A DNA stretch of 64,000 nt from Candidatus Chisholmbacteria bacterium (GCA_963704905.1 CAVPHZ010000001.1:259438-323437); one strand, 5' to 3'; positions 8,872 to 19,227 are shown, numbered from the stretch's first letter. Notes: generated by a model not told the origin, from the sequence alone. Numbers and translations: made by a program.

Positions 8872-9998
8872 TCTGCTTTCAGGAACAGCTTCTCGTATTT
8901 AATCATAGTTTGGTGATGATTAAATACCTTTTTAACTTTTTCTGCATGATGGGCGTATTTTCTTCTATTTGTTAGAACCTCACTGATTCCATCTGCAATC
9001 GCTCTTGGATTTTCTGATTCAACGAGTACTCCCATCCTCGTTTTTTGGATTACCCAACGAGCTCCGGGAATGTTGGTGCAAACTACTGGTACTCCATGAA
9101 GCATTGCTTCAACTTGAACTGAAGGGAAGCAATCTGACTTTGAAGGGAGCACAAAGACATCAAGCATCTCATAAAATGCAGCAAGTTTTTTTTCATCTCC
9201 TATAAGACCGAGTAAAATAATTCTATTTTTATATTTGTTTATCAATGGTTCTATTTTTTTCCAGTAATGTTCATAGGTTATTTTTGTTTCTCCGGAAAAC
9301 ACGAACAGCGTGTTTGCGTGTTTTTTTAAAACAAACGGTATTGATTGAAGTAGATACTCAACCCCTTTCTCCTCAACGAATCTCCCAGCAAAACCTACTA
9401 TCTTATGATTGCTGTTAATCTTGCTTCGTATCCATTTCCATTCTGCTACTCCTGGTTTCTCGATTGTTACGATTGGAGGAATGACAACCCACTTCTGCTG
9501 ATGAGATTTCAATACATTGGATTGTTGGGCATAATCTTGAGTTTGTATGATAATTTTTTCGGCTCGATTCAAGGCATAAGTTGATAATTGTTGATACAAC
9601 TTCATGATTGCAGTGTTTAGAGAGCCTGATGGTAAGAGAAGATCGCCATTGTGTATGACATACAGAGGTTTACTTGTTCTTTTTGTCAAGGTTGCTATGG
9701 CAGCGATTTCAGCTAGTGGAAGATAGACAATAATTCTATCGGCACTTTTTACAAGATGCTGAAATTGGATGAGAAAGGACGGTGCAATTTGGGTTCTGCT
9801 TACCCTGAGCATCACAGGAGATCTGTGCACTTTTACATTTCGTATAGTTTCTTGAATAGCTAATTCATTTGTGTGTTGGGTGCAGAGAACCTCAACGTCA
9901 TGTCCTCTATTGGCAAGCCCTTCTGCCAATCGGGCAGCATAGCGAGTTAGTCCAGTCCAGTGAGGTCGATAGTACGTGAGGGTGAAAAGCAATTTCAT
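8868..9998 (-). CDS. Glycosyltransferase family 4 (GT-B, retaining)
   Basis: 376 aa; N-terminal GT4-like domain (YYRPHWTGLTRYAARLAEGLANRGHDVEV) and C-terminal E-x7-E region FPSVQVEAMLHGVPVV. Confidence 0.75.
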   Translation of the reverse strand: MKLLFTLTYYRPHWTGLTRYAARLAEGLANRGHDVEVLCTQHTNELAIQETIRNVKVHRSPVMLRVSRTQIAPSFLIQFQHLVKSADRIIVYLPLAEIAAIATLTKRTSKPLYVIHNGDLLLPSGSLNTAIMKLYQQLSTYALNRAEKIIIQTQDYAQQSNVLKSHQQKWVVIPPIVTIEKPGVAEWKWIRSKINSNHKIVGFAGRFVEEKGVEYLLQSIPFVLKKHANTLFVFSGETKITYEHYWKKIEPLINKYKNRIILLGLIGDEKKLAAFYEMLDVFVLPSKSDCFPSVQVEAMLHGVPVVCTNIPGARWVIQKTRMGVLVESENPRAIADGISEVLTNRRKYAHHAEKVKKVFNHHQTMIKYEKLFLKAD

Positions 9999-10429
9999 TG
10001 CACTATTTGGTTTAGGTTTAATCTATTTGCATCTGCATGAATGATATGCACTTTAGAACATTTGCTTCGAAGGTAGTTCACTAGGGGAAGGTCGTCATCA
10101 ATAAAAATGTGTAAGTTCAATTTCTTTATCATCTTCTCTTTGAATAAGTGAGGTTGATGATTGTGTTCATTGATGACTATTTTCATAAACCAATGATCCA
10201 GGTGATTCTGTTTCAGCCATTCATCTGTCCTGTTTTTGAGAAAGTTATATCTACTTGAAACAATGAATAATTGATGTTTATTCATTCCAACAAGACGTTT
10301 GATAAGAATGATATTTTCTTTAATTGGTGGTCGAAGCAATGGATGGTGGCTTAGCCAACGAATGCGCTGCTCAACTTTAGTTGCTGGAAAACGATAGGCT
10401 AGGTTGGTTTTTTTATGATCTCGCACCAA
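9995..10429 (-). CDS. Hypothetical protein with HAD-like C-terminal motif (HIFIDDDL) but no N-terminal DxD; possibly truncated
   Basis: 144 aa ORF. An internal Met (MNKHQ...) at 10285 is an alternative start. Overlaps the start of the next + strand gene. Confidence 0.2.
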   Translation of the reverse strand: MVRDHKKTNLAYRFPATKVEQRIRWLSHHPLLRPPIKENIILIKRLVGMNKHQLFIVSSRYNFLKNRTDEWLKQNHLDHWFMKIVINEHNHQPHLFKEKMIKKLNLHIFIDDDLPLVNYLRSKCSKVHIIHADANRLNLNQIVQ

Positions 10430-12693
10430 CCATTCTCAAGAACGGTTTTTGGAATAAACGGTGGCTTGCTGATAGATTACCCCGTCTAGATCAAAGCCTA
10501 TGCGGAACGGTCTTGTTTTTACTTTTGATATTTTTCTTGAAGGCATTTGCGGTTATTATAGATGTTTCCTTTCTTATCACATCTTGGTGCTTTCTGATAT
10601 ACAATTTCCCTGTGCTTGTTCAAACATTTCTTACTGTACTCTACTGGTGGTTTGTAGTTTCGCTACTGGGAATCATAGCTTTTCCATTTATTGAACGCCT
10701 TTTTCATTCTTTTTTGGACAACGGCTGGGCATTTTCTCGAACTCTTGGGATATTGACTATGTCATTTTCTGTGTGGTTTTTAGGAAGTTTGCGTTTGATT
10801 TCTTTTCACTATTCAATTTGGGTTGTATTTCTCATTTTTGGGATGTTCTCTATTTATTTGTATATGAGAAGCGGTCTAAAAATTGTCTCACTATTGAGAG
10901 TTCGATGGCGGGTTATCTTCATGGAAGAAATATTATTTCTCATTCTTCTTTTCACTTGGTCTTTTGTTCGCTCCTATCAACCTGATATTAATGGGTTGGA
11001 GAAATTTATGGATTTTGGATTAATGAATTCTATTCTTCGGACTCAATTCTTTCCTCCATATGACATGTGGCTGGCTGGAGAAACCATCAATTATTACTAC
11101 TTTGGGCACTTAGTTGCTGCAGTTCTCACGAAACTCTCTCGTCTTTCTTCTTCAATCACTTACAACCTTATGATCGCCACTATTCTGGCGTTGAGTTTTA
11201 TCCAAACGTTTTCACTGGCAGCTACAATGACAGGCCATTTTCTCTCAACCTTGAAACGGAAAGTTTTGGTTCTTTCCGCTGGATTAATTTCAGCATCTGT
11301 ACTCGTTTTTGGGGGTAATCTCCATACTGTCTATACCCTTCTTACTAAGGGTTTAGCTGACTATTGGTATCCCGATGCTACACGATACATTCCTTATACC
11401 ATTCATGAGTTTCCTCTCTATAGCTTTGTTGTCTCTGACCTACATGGACACGTCAGTGATATTCCATTTGTGTTGTTATTCGTTGCAGTACTTTATAGTT
11501 TCCTGCCATACCTTAAGACAATTCGAGTTGCATTCCTTTCACGAGTTGTTATTGCTCGTATGACACTTCTTGGAGTTTTGTCTGGAATCCTCTATATGAC
11601 CAACGCGCTCGATGCATTTATCTATCTTGCCTTGTTTGCACTTCTTTTTCTGACTACCCGTCTTCGATATTCTCCGATTATTCAAGCAACTCAAGATACC
11701 ATCATTGGGAGTGGATATGTGACCTTTGTAGGAGTATTTATCTCCCTTCCGTTTCATCTTTCCTTTTCTCCCTTTGCTAAAGGAATAGCTCGGGTTCAAT
11801 CACATTCATCTTTTATACAACTCATTGTTTTATGGGGATTCTTTTTACTTGTTGGTTTTTCTGCTCTCTATCTGTTCGTTGTGCAAATGCGCGGACAAAA
11901 GCTTTTTTCTGTTTTTCGCTTATCGGTGATTGCTACCATTATTGTTGTTGTTCTATTTTCTCTGTTGCTGGTTCTTATCCCAGAGGTAGTGTATATCAAA
12001 GATATTTATATCCAAGAATATCATCGTGCAAATACCATGTTTAAACTTGTTTATCAGACATTTTTACTCATGTCGATTGTCACTGGCACAGTATTCGTTG
12101 GCGTTGTCCAGTATTTCTTGTCTGTACGTAATCGTTACTCGCTAGTAATATTTATATTGATGATATTTCTCTTGGTTGGTATCGGAAGTGTATTACTTTA
12201 TCCCTACTTTGCCATTCGTTCGTATTACAATGGTTTTTCACATTTTCAAGGTCTTAATGGTTTGTTGTGGATTGAGCGTCGGTATCCAGATGATTATGCC
12301 GCACTGGCTTGGTTACAAAGTAATATACGAGGACAACCAGTCATTCTTGAAGCTGTTGGTGAAAGTTATACTGACTTTGCACGAATATCAGCAAATTCAG
12401 GCTTACCTACCGTATTAGGCTGGAGAGTTCATGAATGGCTTTGGAGAGGGAGTTTTGATGAACCACAACTGAGGACTAATGATGTTTCTGTTATTTATAC
12501 ATCAACTGATCTTTATGAAGTATGTGAACTTATTGACCGTTATACCGTGGACTTTATCTTTCTTGGCTCGTTAGAGCGTCAACAGTATCCAGATTTTAAG
12601 GAACAGACTTTGGCTGATATTGGAGAACAGGTATTTTCCCAAGGTTTAACAAAGGTATATTCAACCCCAAGACCTTGTCAGGTTAAATCTTAA
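10381..12693 (+). CDS. Large polytopic membrane protein with NYYYFGH motif (Chlor_Arch_YYY-like, TIGR03662-type family by recollection)
   Basis: 770 aa, ~16-20 TMs. Motif GETINYYYFGHLVAAVL and C-terminal soluble domain with GLPTVLGWRVHEWLWRG. Track start is TTG at 10381 and the true start is uncertain. Confidence 0.5.
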   Translation: MLENDRLGWFFYDLAPTILKNGFWNKRWLADRLPRLDQSLCGTVLFLLLIFFLKAFAVIIDVSFLITSWCFLIYNFPVLVQTFLTVLYWWFVVSLLGIIAFPFIERLFHSFLDNGWAFSRTLGILTMSFSVWFLGSLRLISFHYSIWVVFLIFGMFSIYLYMRSGLKIVSLLRVRWRVIFMEEILFLILLFTWSFVRSYQPDINGLEKFMDFGLMNSILRTQFFPPYDMWLAGETINYYYFGHLVAAVLTKLSRLSSSITYNLMIATILALSFIQTFSLAATMTGHFLSTLKRKVLVLSAGLISASVLVFGGNLHTVYTLLTKGLADYWYPDATRYIPYTIHEFPLYSFVVSDLHGHVSDIPFVLLFVAVLYSFLPYLKTIRVAFLSRVVIARMTLLGVLSGILYMTNALDAFIYLALFALLFLTTRLRYSPIIQATQDTIIGSGYVTFVGVFISLPFHLSFSPFAKGIARVQSHSSFIQLIVLWGFFLLVGFSALYLFVVQMRGQKLFSVFRLSVIATIIVVVLFSLLLVLIPEVVYIKDIYIQEYHRANTMFKLVYQTFLLMSIVTGTVFVGVVQYFLSVRNRYSLVIFILMIFLLVGIGSVLLYPYFAIRSYYNGFSHFQGLNGLLWIERRYPDDYAALAWLQSNIRGQPVILEAVGESYTDFARISANSGLPTVLGWRVHEWLWRGSFDEPQLRTNDVSVIYTSTDLYEVCELIDRYTVDFIFLGSLERQQYPDFKEQTLADIGEQVFSQGLTKVYSTPRPCQVKS

Positions 12694-12699
12694 CTTTGC

Positions 12700-13767
12700 T
12701 TACTGAGTGTAAAACAACTTATTGACATACTCGTGGACTTCTTGCCAAGAATTATCTCTTCCAATTAGTATCCATTGCCCATCGTAAAGAGATGTCGGCG
12801 GATTTATGAGTAAACCGTCTTCATCCGCTGTTTGCTCTTGCAATAAACCTGTATGGATCGTTTGGTTTCTTGCCTTTAAAGCAAGCTTGGCAAGTGATAA
12901 ATATTCAGGTTCTGTGAGGTCTGTTTCTACTGAATCCGAGTATGTTTGAGTAAGTTCCCTCAGCTTTCCTGGGGAGAAAATCGTGTCCAGTGAAAGAACT
13001 TTATCTTTAAAGGCTGCAATTACTTGCTGTTGCCTTTGAGAACGGGCAAAATCTGTGCCTTGCTCTCCTTCGGCGTTGCGTGAGCGAACGAATTTTAATG
13101 CTCTTTCTCCGCTCATTGTCTGTAGTCCAGCATCGAAACGGAGGTGTTCATATCGCAGTTCCTCTGGTTCTGCGTTTTCCATTCCAGGGGTCGGGTATTT
13201 GAAGTCGTCAAAACTTTCAAGGACATTTACTTCGATCCCACCCACTAGATCGACGGCTCGCCTGAACCCATCAAAATCAAGGATGACTACATAGTGGATT
13301 GGTTGTCCAATTACCTCTTCAACGGCTGATTTAGATAGCACCAAACCGCCCCCGTCTCGTTTTTGTTCTCCGTAATAGTAGGTTGCGTTTATCTTCGTTT
13401 TCAGAGAGTCTATCCAGATATCTCTGGGTATGGAGAGCGTGGTTGTATCCGCAGAACTGAGGTTTATTGAAGTAACAATGATACTATCTGTTAACTCCGC
13501 CCCGTCAAGAATCACGCCTCCAATTCCAAGCAAGAGGATGTTTGTTCTTCCTTTTGTAGAGCGTAGTACTCCTTCCGGATCTCTGACTATGGAAAAGGCA
13601 GTCGCAGGACCCTGCATTAGATTTTTTATGAAACTAACGGTTGGCCGGAGCGTTGCATACAGAGTAAACATTCCCAGCGCTAGTACAGTGGCTAGAAATG
13701 TACCACGAACGAAATTTTTATGTCTGGTCAGTTTTCGTTTGATTTTACTTAGAATATGCTGATTCAT
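12700..13767 (-). CDS. LytR-CpsA-Psr (LCP) family glycopolymer phosphotransferase
   Basis: N-terminal TM then the LCP core (NILLLGIGG...DSIIVTSIN...LSIPRDIWIDS...HYVVILDFDGFRRAVDLVGGIEVNV). Start set at ATG 13765-13767, which makes an ATGA overlap with the tpiA stop; the track's 13812 start would overlap tpiA by 49 nt. Confidence 0.75.
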   Translation of the reverse strand: MNQHILSKIKRKLTRHKNFVRGTFLATVLALGMFTLYATLRPTVSFIKNLMQGPATAFSIVRDPEGVLRSTKGRTNILLLGIGGVILDGAELTDSIIVTSINLSSADTTTLSIPRDIWIDSLKTKINATYYYGEQKRDGGGLVLSKSAVEEVIGQPIHYVVILDFDGFRRAVDLVGGIEVNVLESFDDFKYPTPGMENAEPEELRYEHLRFDAGLQTMSGERALKFVRSRNAEGEQGTDFARSQRQQQVIAAFKDKVLSLDTIFSPGKLRELTQTYSDSVETDLTEPEYLSLAKLALKARNQTIHTGLLQEQTADEDGLLINPPTSLYDGQWILIGRDNSWQEVHEYVNKLFYTQ

Positions 13768-14474
13768 CTTTGCTTGAGTGCTTGATGGGCTAATTCCAAC
13801 ATTGCTATCCATTCCTTGGCATTAAGACTTGCACTTCCAGGTAGCACTCCGTCGATGCTCTCTTCTTTCATAAATGTTTGGATGTTTCTTGCTTTTATGC
13901 TTCCACCATATATAACTGTCTTAACTCCGCTGTCTGATTTGATCATTTGAATCGTTTCAACAACTTCGCTTATTGGCGCTGCTTTTCCTTCTCCAATTGG
14001 GCCATCTTGTTTACTAATAGCCTCAGGGGGTTCATACATGATTATTGCGTCAGTTATTACAGCCGTATCTAAGGCTAAAAATTGCTTTTTCCAATTGTCT
14101 TTATGCACTGCGATAATTGGTGTAATCCGGTTGTCTAATGCCTGCATCGCTTTTGCTGCTACCGCTTGTACTGATTCGGAGAAGTACGTGTATCTCTCCG
14201 AATGGCCAAGAATTGCATATTTTACAGTATTTGAAACCATACGGGCTGTAATTTCGCCAGTGTAAGCACCATCTCCATATGGAGACAGATCCTGTACACC
14301 TAAGGTTAACTCAGGGTATTGAGTTGAAAAAAGATCAATATGAATAAAAGATGGACAGAGGACAATTTCAAGGTCATTGCCAGTCGCTGGTGTTTTTCCT
14401 TTAACGTCATCAATCCAGATTTGAGCTTCTTTGAGCGTCTTGTTTGCTTTCCAATTTCCGATAAGATATTTCAT
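13764..14474 (-). CDS. tpiA: Triosephosphate isomerase
   Basis: MKYLIGNWKANKT..., GHSERY, and C-terminal YGGS motifs typical of TIM. Confidence 0.9.
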   Translation of the reverse strand: MKYLIGNWKANKTLKEAQIWIDDVKGKTPATGNDLEIVLCPSFIHIDLFSTQYPELTLGVQDLSPYGDGAYTGEITARMVSNTVKYAILGHSERYTYFSESVQAVAAKAMQALDNRITPIIAVHKDNWKKQFLALDTAVITDAIIMYEPPEAISKQDGPIGEGKAAPISEVVETIQMIKSDSGVKTVIYGGSIKARNIQTFMKEESIDGVLPGSASLNAKEWIAMLELAHQALKQR

Positions 14475-14548
14475 GTTTCTCTCTTCTCTATCCTTGACTC
14501 CTTGAGTATTCTTGATACAGTGGTTTTTTACAACTATTCGATTCTAGC

Positions 14549-16357
14549 ATGGCAGGAAATCTCCTCAAAGATTTAAATTCTCAACAAATCAAGGCAACTA
14601 CCTTTGGCGAAGGGCCGTTGTTGATTTTAGCTGGTGCAGGAAGCGGAAAAACTCGGACGATCGTTTACAGAGTGGCATACCTCATTCACGAAAAGGGTGT
14701 ACAACCTGATCGAATATTACTTACGACATTTACCAACAAAGCAGCCCATGAGATGCGCGAACGATTACTCCGCTTGGTTGGTTCTGCCCCTCCATTTTGT
14801 GGTACCTTTCATTCGCTTTGTGCAAAAGTTCTTCGAAAACACGGAAAACATCTGGGTATTTCTCCCTCGTATCTTATCTATGATGAGCGAGACCAGGAAG
14901 ATTTGATTAAACAGGCGATGATGAATCTGGATATTTCAGCTCGAGATTTCAAGCCACGTTCGGTATTAGCTACGATCAGTTCTGCTAAAAATGAACTCGT
15001 TGGACCAACTGAATACCCACAATTCGCTCGAGGGAGGTGGCAAGAAACAGTATCATCTATTTATCTTGAATATCAAAAACTTCTTCGACACTCCGATGCG
15101 TTGGATTTTGACGATCTTTTGATGGATACTGTGCGACTGCTTCAAAAAGAATCTTTTGTCTTGTCTACTTATCAGGATCAGTTTCAATATGTGCTTGTTG
15201 ATGAATATCAAGACACCAATCATGCACAGTATGTATTGACAAAACTTTTAGTAAATAAATGGCGTAATCTTTGTTGTGTCGGTGATGCCAGTCAATCAAT
15301 CTATGCATGGCGTGGAGCGGATTTCCGCAATCTTACACGAATCCGGGAAGATTTTTCTGATTTAACTGTGATTAATCTGGAGCGGAACTATCGCTCTACG
15401 CAGAATATCCTCGATGCTGCACATGGAGTTATTTCAAATAATACTAGCCATCCCATTCTCTCTTTGTGGACCAAAAGAAAAGGAGGGGAAGCAATCAGTA
15501 TCTTTGAGGCTCTGGACGAGAAAGATGAAGCGCATTTTATCCTTCGTACGATTCAAGAATATATTGATCTTGGGCATCACTATCGAGATTTTGCCATTCT
15601 CTATCGGACTAATGCTCAATCGAGAACATTTGAGGAGGCATTTGTGCGGGCTGGTATTCCCTATGTCCTTATTGGTGGTACCCGTTTTTATCAGCGGAAG
15701 GAGGTGAAAGACTGTCTAGCATATCTTCGTTTGCTTGCGAACCCTAACGATACAGTTAGTGCAGGCCGGATTGAAAAATTAGGAAAAAGAAAATTTTCAT
15801 TGTTCCAAGAATTTGCGCAACAATTTCGTTCCAAGAAACAACATATAGAGATGGCGACATCAGAAATTCTTGAACAGGTATTTAAAACCACAGACTATCT
15901 TGACCGTTATGACTCTGAAGATGAGGAGGAGCTCATGCGACTTGAAAATATTAAAGAACTCCATAGTGTTGCGGCTGAATTCCCTCTGCTCTTAGATTTT
16001 CTTGAGAATGTTGCTTTGGTCGAACAGGAACAACTCCCTCACATAAACCTTCAGACCCAGGGTAAGCAAGATGTTGTAACTATGATGACCTTACACTCGG
16101 CAAAGGGTTTAGAATTTCCCGTCGTATTTCTAGTCGGTATGGAAGAAGGACTTTTTCCTCATTCTCGAAGTATGCTTGACCGCGATGAGCTGGAAGAGGA
16201 GCGGAGACTCTGCTATGTCGGTATTACACGCGCAAAAGACCGGTTATTCTTTACTTTCGCTTCACAACGCTTGTATTTTGGATCTCGCTCATCTAACGTG
16301 GTTTCTCGATTCATGGGGGAGGTTCCAGAGCATCTCATTCGAGTAGTTACATTATAA
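14549..16357 (+). CDS. UvrD/PcrA/Rep-family ATP-dependent DNA helicase (compact, 602 aa)
   Basis: Walker A LILAGAGSGKTRTIVYR, motifs TFTNKAAHEMRERL, VLVDEYQDTN, YRS, TMMTLHSAKGLEFPVVF, CYVGITRAK. Confidence 0.85.
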   Translation: MAGNLLKDLNSQQIKATTFGEGPLLILAGAGSGKTRTIVYRVAYLIHEKGVQPDRILLTTFTNKAAHEMRERLLRLVGSAPPFCGTFHSLCAKVLRKHGKHLGISPSYLIYDERDQEDLIKQAMMNLDISARDFKPRSVLATISSAKNELVGPTEYPQFARGRWQETVSSIYLEYQKLLRHSDALDFDDLLMDTVRLLQKESFVLSTYQDQFQYVLVDEYQDTNHAQYVLTKLLVNKWRNLCCVGDASQSIYAWRGADFRNLTRIREDFSDLTVINLERNYRSTQNILDAAHGVISNNTSHPILSLWTKRKGGEAISIFEALDEKDEAHFILRTIQEYIDLGHHYRDFAILYRTNAQSRTFEEAFVRAGIPYVLIGGTRFYQRKEVKDCLAYLRLLANPNDTVSAGRIEKLGKRKFSLFQEFAQQFRSKKQHIEMATSEILEQVFKTTDYLDRYDSEDEEELMRLENIKELHSVAAEFPLLLDFLENVALVEQEQLPHINLQTQGKQDVVTMMTLHSAKGLEFPVVFLVGMEEGLFPHSRSMLDRDELEEERRLCYVGITRAKDRLFFTFASQRLYFGSRSSNVVSRFMGEVPEHLIRVVTL

Positions 16358-16384
16358 AACGGTATCGATTTCCTTTACTTAACT

Positions 16385-17023
16385 ATGGTGAACCGGCAGA
16401 AACAATTATTCTATGTACTCATTGGTAAACGAGTATTTGATGTCGTTTTGTCTCTTGGATTGGTGTTGTTCTTTCTCCCATTAGCACTTGTGATTTCCTT
16501 GGCAATTTGGATGGATTCATACGGACCAGTGTTTTTTACTCAGCGGCGGACGGGTAAACATGGTTCTTCATTCTTGCTCTTTAAGTTTCGTACAATGATT
16601 CCGAACGCTGATGAACGGAAGCAGCAATATTCTCATTTGAATGAAGCTGATGGGCCAGTATTTAAAATTTGGGCTGATCCAAGATTTACGTCTTTCGGAC
16701 GACTCCTCGCACATACCGGCTTTGACGAGTTGCCGCAGTTGATGAATGTACTTATCGGAGAGATGAGTCTTGTGGGCCCCCGCCCACTTCCAGTTGATGA
16801 AGCCAAGAAAATTCAAATGAAAACACGCAAGCTTCGTGAGTCTGTACTTCCTGGCATCACTTCATCCTGGGTTGTTTTGGGATCTCATCAGCTTTCATTT
16901 AAACAGTGGATGGAGTTGGATTGTACTTATTCTCAAGATGTGACTTTTTGGGGAGACTTTATGATTTTGCTTCGAACAGCTAAGATGATACTACGGTTTT
17001 TAAGTAAACCCTTCACATCATGA
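16385..17023 (+). CDS. Small monotopic phosphoglycosyl transferase (bacterial sugar transferase, PglC/WbaP C-terminal type)
   Basis: 212 aa; one N-terminal TM then DGPVFFTQRRTGKHGSSFLLFKFRTM...PRFTSFGRLLAHTGFDELPQLMNVLIGEMSLVGPRP, the PF02397 catalytic core. Confidence 0.8.
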   Translation: MVNRQKQLFYVLIGKRVFDVVLSLGLVLFFLPLALVISLAIWMDSYGPVFFTQRRTGKHGSSFLLFKFRTMIPNADERKQQYSHLNEADGPVFKIWADPRFTSFGRLLAHTGFDELPQLMNVLIGEMSLVGPRPLPVDEAKKIQMKTRKLRESVLPGITSSWVVLGSHQLSFKQWMELDCTYSQDVTFWGDFMILLRTAKMILRFLSKPFTS

Positions 17024-19152
17024 CTTTCTCTCGAATACAATCATTTTTCTCGTCAAGACACACCCTAGAACTTTTACCTCTTATTCTGATTGTGAGTCTA
17101 CTTCCATTTTTTCATGGAGGTGAATCATTTATTGCGCAACTCGTCTTTTTTATCTTTCCACTGCTTTATTTTCCAATCCTTCACCTATCAAAACGAAAGT
17201 TTTCAGCGAATATCAAATATGTGATGCTGATTTGGATATTATTTCTTTCCATTACGTTTTTATCCACTGTTTTCTCTGCGAGTCTTACTTTTTCGTTACC
17301 CATTTTTTTTAGATATCTAACCTATTTTGTTTACTTTGTGTTCGTCTACCTGGTTGTTGAACGAGAAAGAGATCTTCGGATATTCTCACATGCGATTCTA
17401 ACGGTTGGGGTGCTGCTCTCAGCAATGAGTGTCTATTTTATATTTTTTCCTCCGATTGGTATGCCTGTTCTCAACTTGGTTTACGCAAAATATGGCCACA
17501 ATCATCTTGCCGACTATTTGACTTTTACACTACCTGTTGCCATTGTTATTTATTTTGAACAGAAGTCTTTAGTCGGGAAGTTTTTCTCAGCCCTTTTGTT
17601 GGTTTTTCTATTTATCAGTTTCTATTTTTCTTTTGCACGTGCTGCCTTCCTAATTGTTCCTGTGATTATTGTTATTCTGATAAAACTTGTACATCCTCCG
17701 CTTAATAAAGCTGTTTTTGTGCTTATTGGTGGGTTGCTCCCAATTCTGATATTTTTGGGCATCACTTTTCTTTCTGAATCAGAATTTCAACAGAGATTTA
17801 GTTCTTTTCAAGAGCTTCAAAAACACTGGATTTGGAGACAAATAATTAAACCAGTTTCCAGTGAAGCGCGGTTTGAATATTGGAATCAAGCAAAGGAAGG
17901 GTTTTTATTCCGGCCGTTGATTGGAAACGGACCTGGGACGTTCCGACTCACCTCAAATCGATTTAAGCAAAAAGATATTTATTCTCACTATGCGCACAAC
18001 TATTTACTTCAAACCGCTTCTGAGCTTGGTTTAGCCGGACTACTTAGTCTGTTGGCTGTGTTTGTGCTGATTTTATTAAACATTTCCCTGCCAAAGAAGT
18101 CGTCACACCTTTCGTATGCTTTACTTTTCGGATCAATAGGCTCGTTGGGTCAAAGTTTTTTTAATTTTAATATGGATCTGGTTGCTATCTCTCTGTTGTT
18201 CTGGGTTGTTCTTTCGATGCTGCTTAAACTTTACTCCGGAAAATCATTGCGGCAGGTTCACGCTCGTATATTGAAAGTCTTTTTGTTTGTTATTATATTT
18301 CCGGCGTTGTTTGCTGTTTCTACACTGCTTAGTAATTATTATCTCCGGCTGGCAAAGAAGCATACCGAGACCTCAATTCAACTTGCTTATAAAAGTTACG
18401 TCACGGCCATGATATTTCCTGCCTTTGATGAACTCCGCTTTGGCGGTTTTCTCAACTTCATCCAATCCACACAGTACGTTTTTTCCGAGGACATCCCTCT
18501 TGGTCCGATTCTTTTCTGGAATAGAGAAGACCCACTGACTTACGCTGAGCTGGCCTCCTATTACAAGAGCTCTGATCCGCTTGAAGCAATGAGCTACTAT
18601 TCCAAGTCATTAGAATATGATCCAGCTAATTTCTCTACTGCAAAACAGTTTGCTCAATTCCTGATCGAACAAAATGACCACAATTTGGCTGAACGAGTGT
18701 TGCTACGCGCTGGAATGCGAAGGTATTTGACGCTCTTTTCTAAGGAAGAAGATCAACAATTTCATAAGCACATTGCAACGGATCGAAATTTGTTGTCTCT
18801 AAAAGATATTTCTATGTTTCTTGATGACTTTACTCAACATGAAGATCGATATTATGGAAAACTTTACTATCTTGTTGGCCTCCATTTCTTTCAAGAAGGA
18901 AAATTTCCTGAGGCCCAATTCTTCCTTGATGCGAGTCATCGATTTGCTCCAGATTGGAGCTATTTTTACTTAGAGCATGCTAATTTGTTATCAAGAATCG
19001 GTGATAATAATCAAGCTTTTCAATTGATTGATATTTGTCAAAAAAATTATTGGGCCGGGTCTCAATGCCAAGACTATAACGGTTGGGTTAAACAATCCGG
19101 TTTTCCTTTTCCTGGAAGATTTGAACGAGAAATTCGAAAGATTGATCACTAG
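17020..19152 (+). CDS. O-antigen ligase/polymerase (Wzy_C) domain membrane protein fused to C-terminal TPR repeats
   Basis: 710 aa; ~12 TMs with the Wzy_C signature YSHYAHNYLLQTASELGLAGLL; C-terminal ~300 aa soluble with TPR-like repeats. ATGA-coupled to the PGT gene. Confidence 0.6.
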   Translation: MTFSRIQSFFSSRHTLELLPLILIVSLLPFFHGGESFIAQLVFFIFPLLYFPILHLSKRKFSANIKYVMLIWILFLSITFLSTVFSASLTFSLPIFFRYLTYFVYFVFVYLVVERERDLRIFSHAILTVGVLLSAMSVYFIFFPPIGMPVLNLVYAKYGHNHLADYLTFTLPVAIVIYFEQKSLVGKFFSALLLVFLFISFYFSFARAAFLIVPVIIVILIKLVHPPLNKAVFVLIGGLLPILIFLGITFLSESEFQQRFSSFQELQKHWIWRQIIKPVSSEARFEYWNQAKEGFLFRPLIGNGPGTFRLTSNRFKQKDIYSHYAHNYLLQTASELGLAGLLSLLAVFVLILLNISLPKKSSHLSYALLFGSIGSLGQSFFNFNMDLVAISLLFWVVLSMLLKLYSGKSLRQVHARILKVFLFVIIFPALFAVSTLLSNYYLRLAKKHTETSIQLAYKSYVTAMIFPAFDELRFGGFLNFIQSTQYVFSEDIPLGPILFWNREDPLTYAELASYYKSSDPLEAMSYYSKSLEYDPANFSTAKQFAQFLIEQNDHNLAERVLLRAGMRRYLTLFSKEEDQQFHKHIATDRNLLSLKDISMFLDDFTQHEDRYYGKLYYLVGLHFFQEGKFPEAQFFLDASHRFAPDWSYFYLEHANLLSRIGDNNQAFQLIDICQKNYWAGSQCQDYNGWVKQSGFPFPGRFEREIRKIDH

Positions 19153-19227
19153 ATTGAGTCTCTCTTAACCCATATCAATCTTTATATTTCCTACTGACTG
19201 CAAAAAAACATTACAATATCTTCCATA

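Noticed and set aside
9995-10429. HAD-superfamily phosphatase call for the 144-aa ORF
   Set aside because: Only a C-terminal 'FIDDD' motif is visible and the N-terminal DxD catalytic motif is absent; left as hypothetical/possibly truncated.
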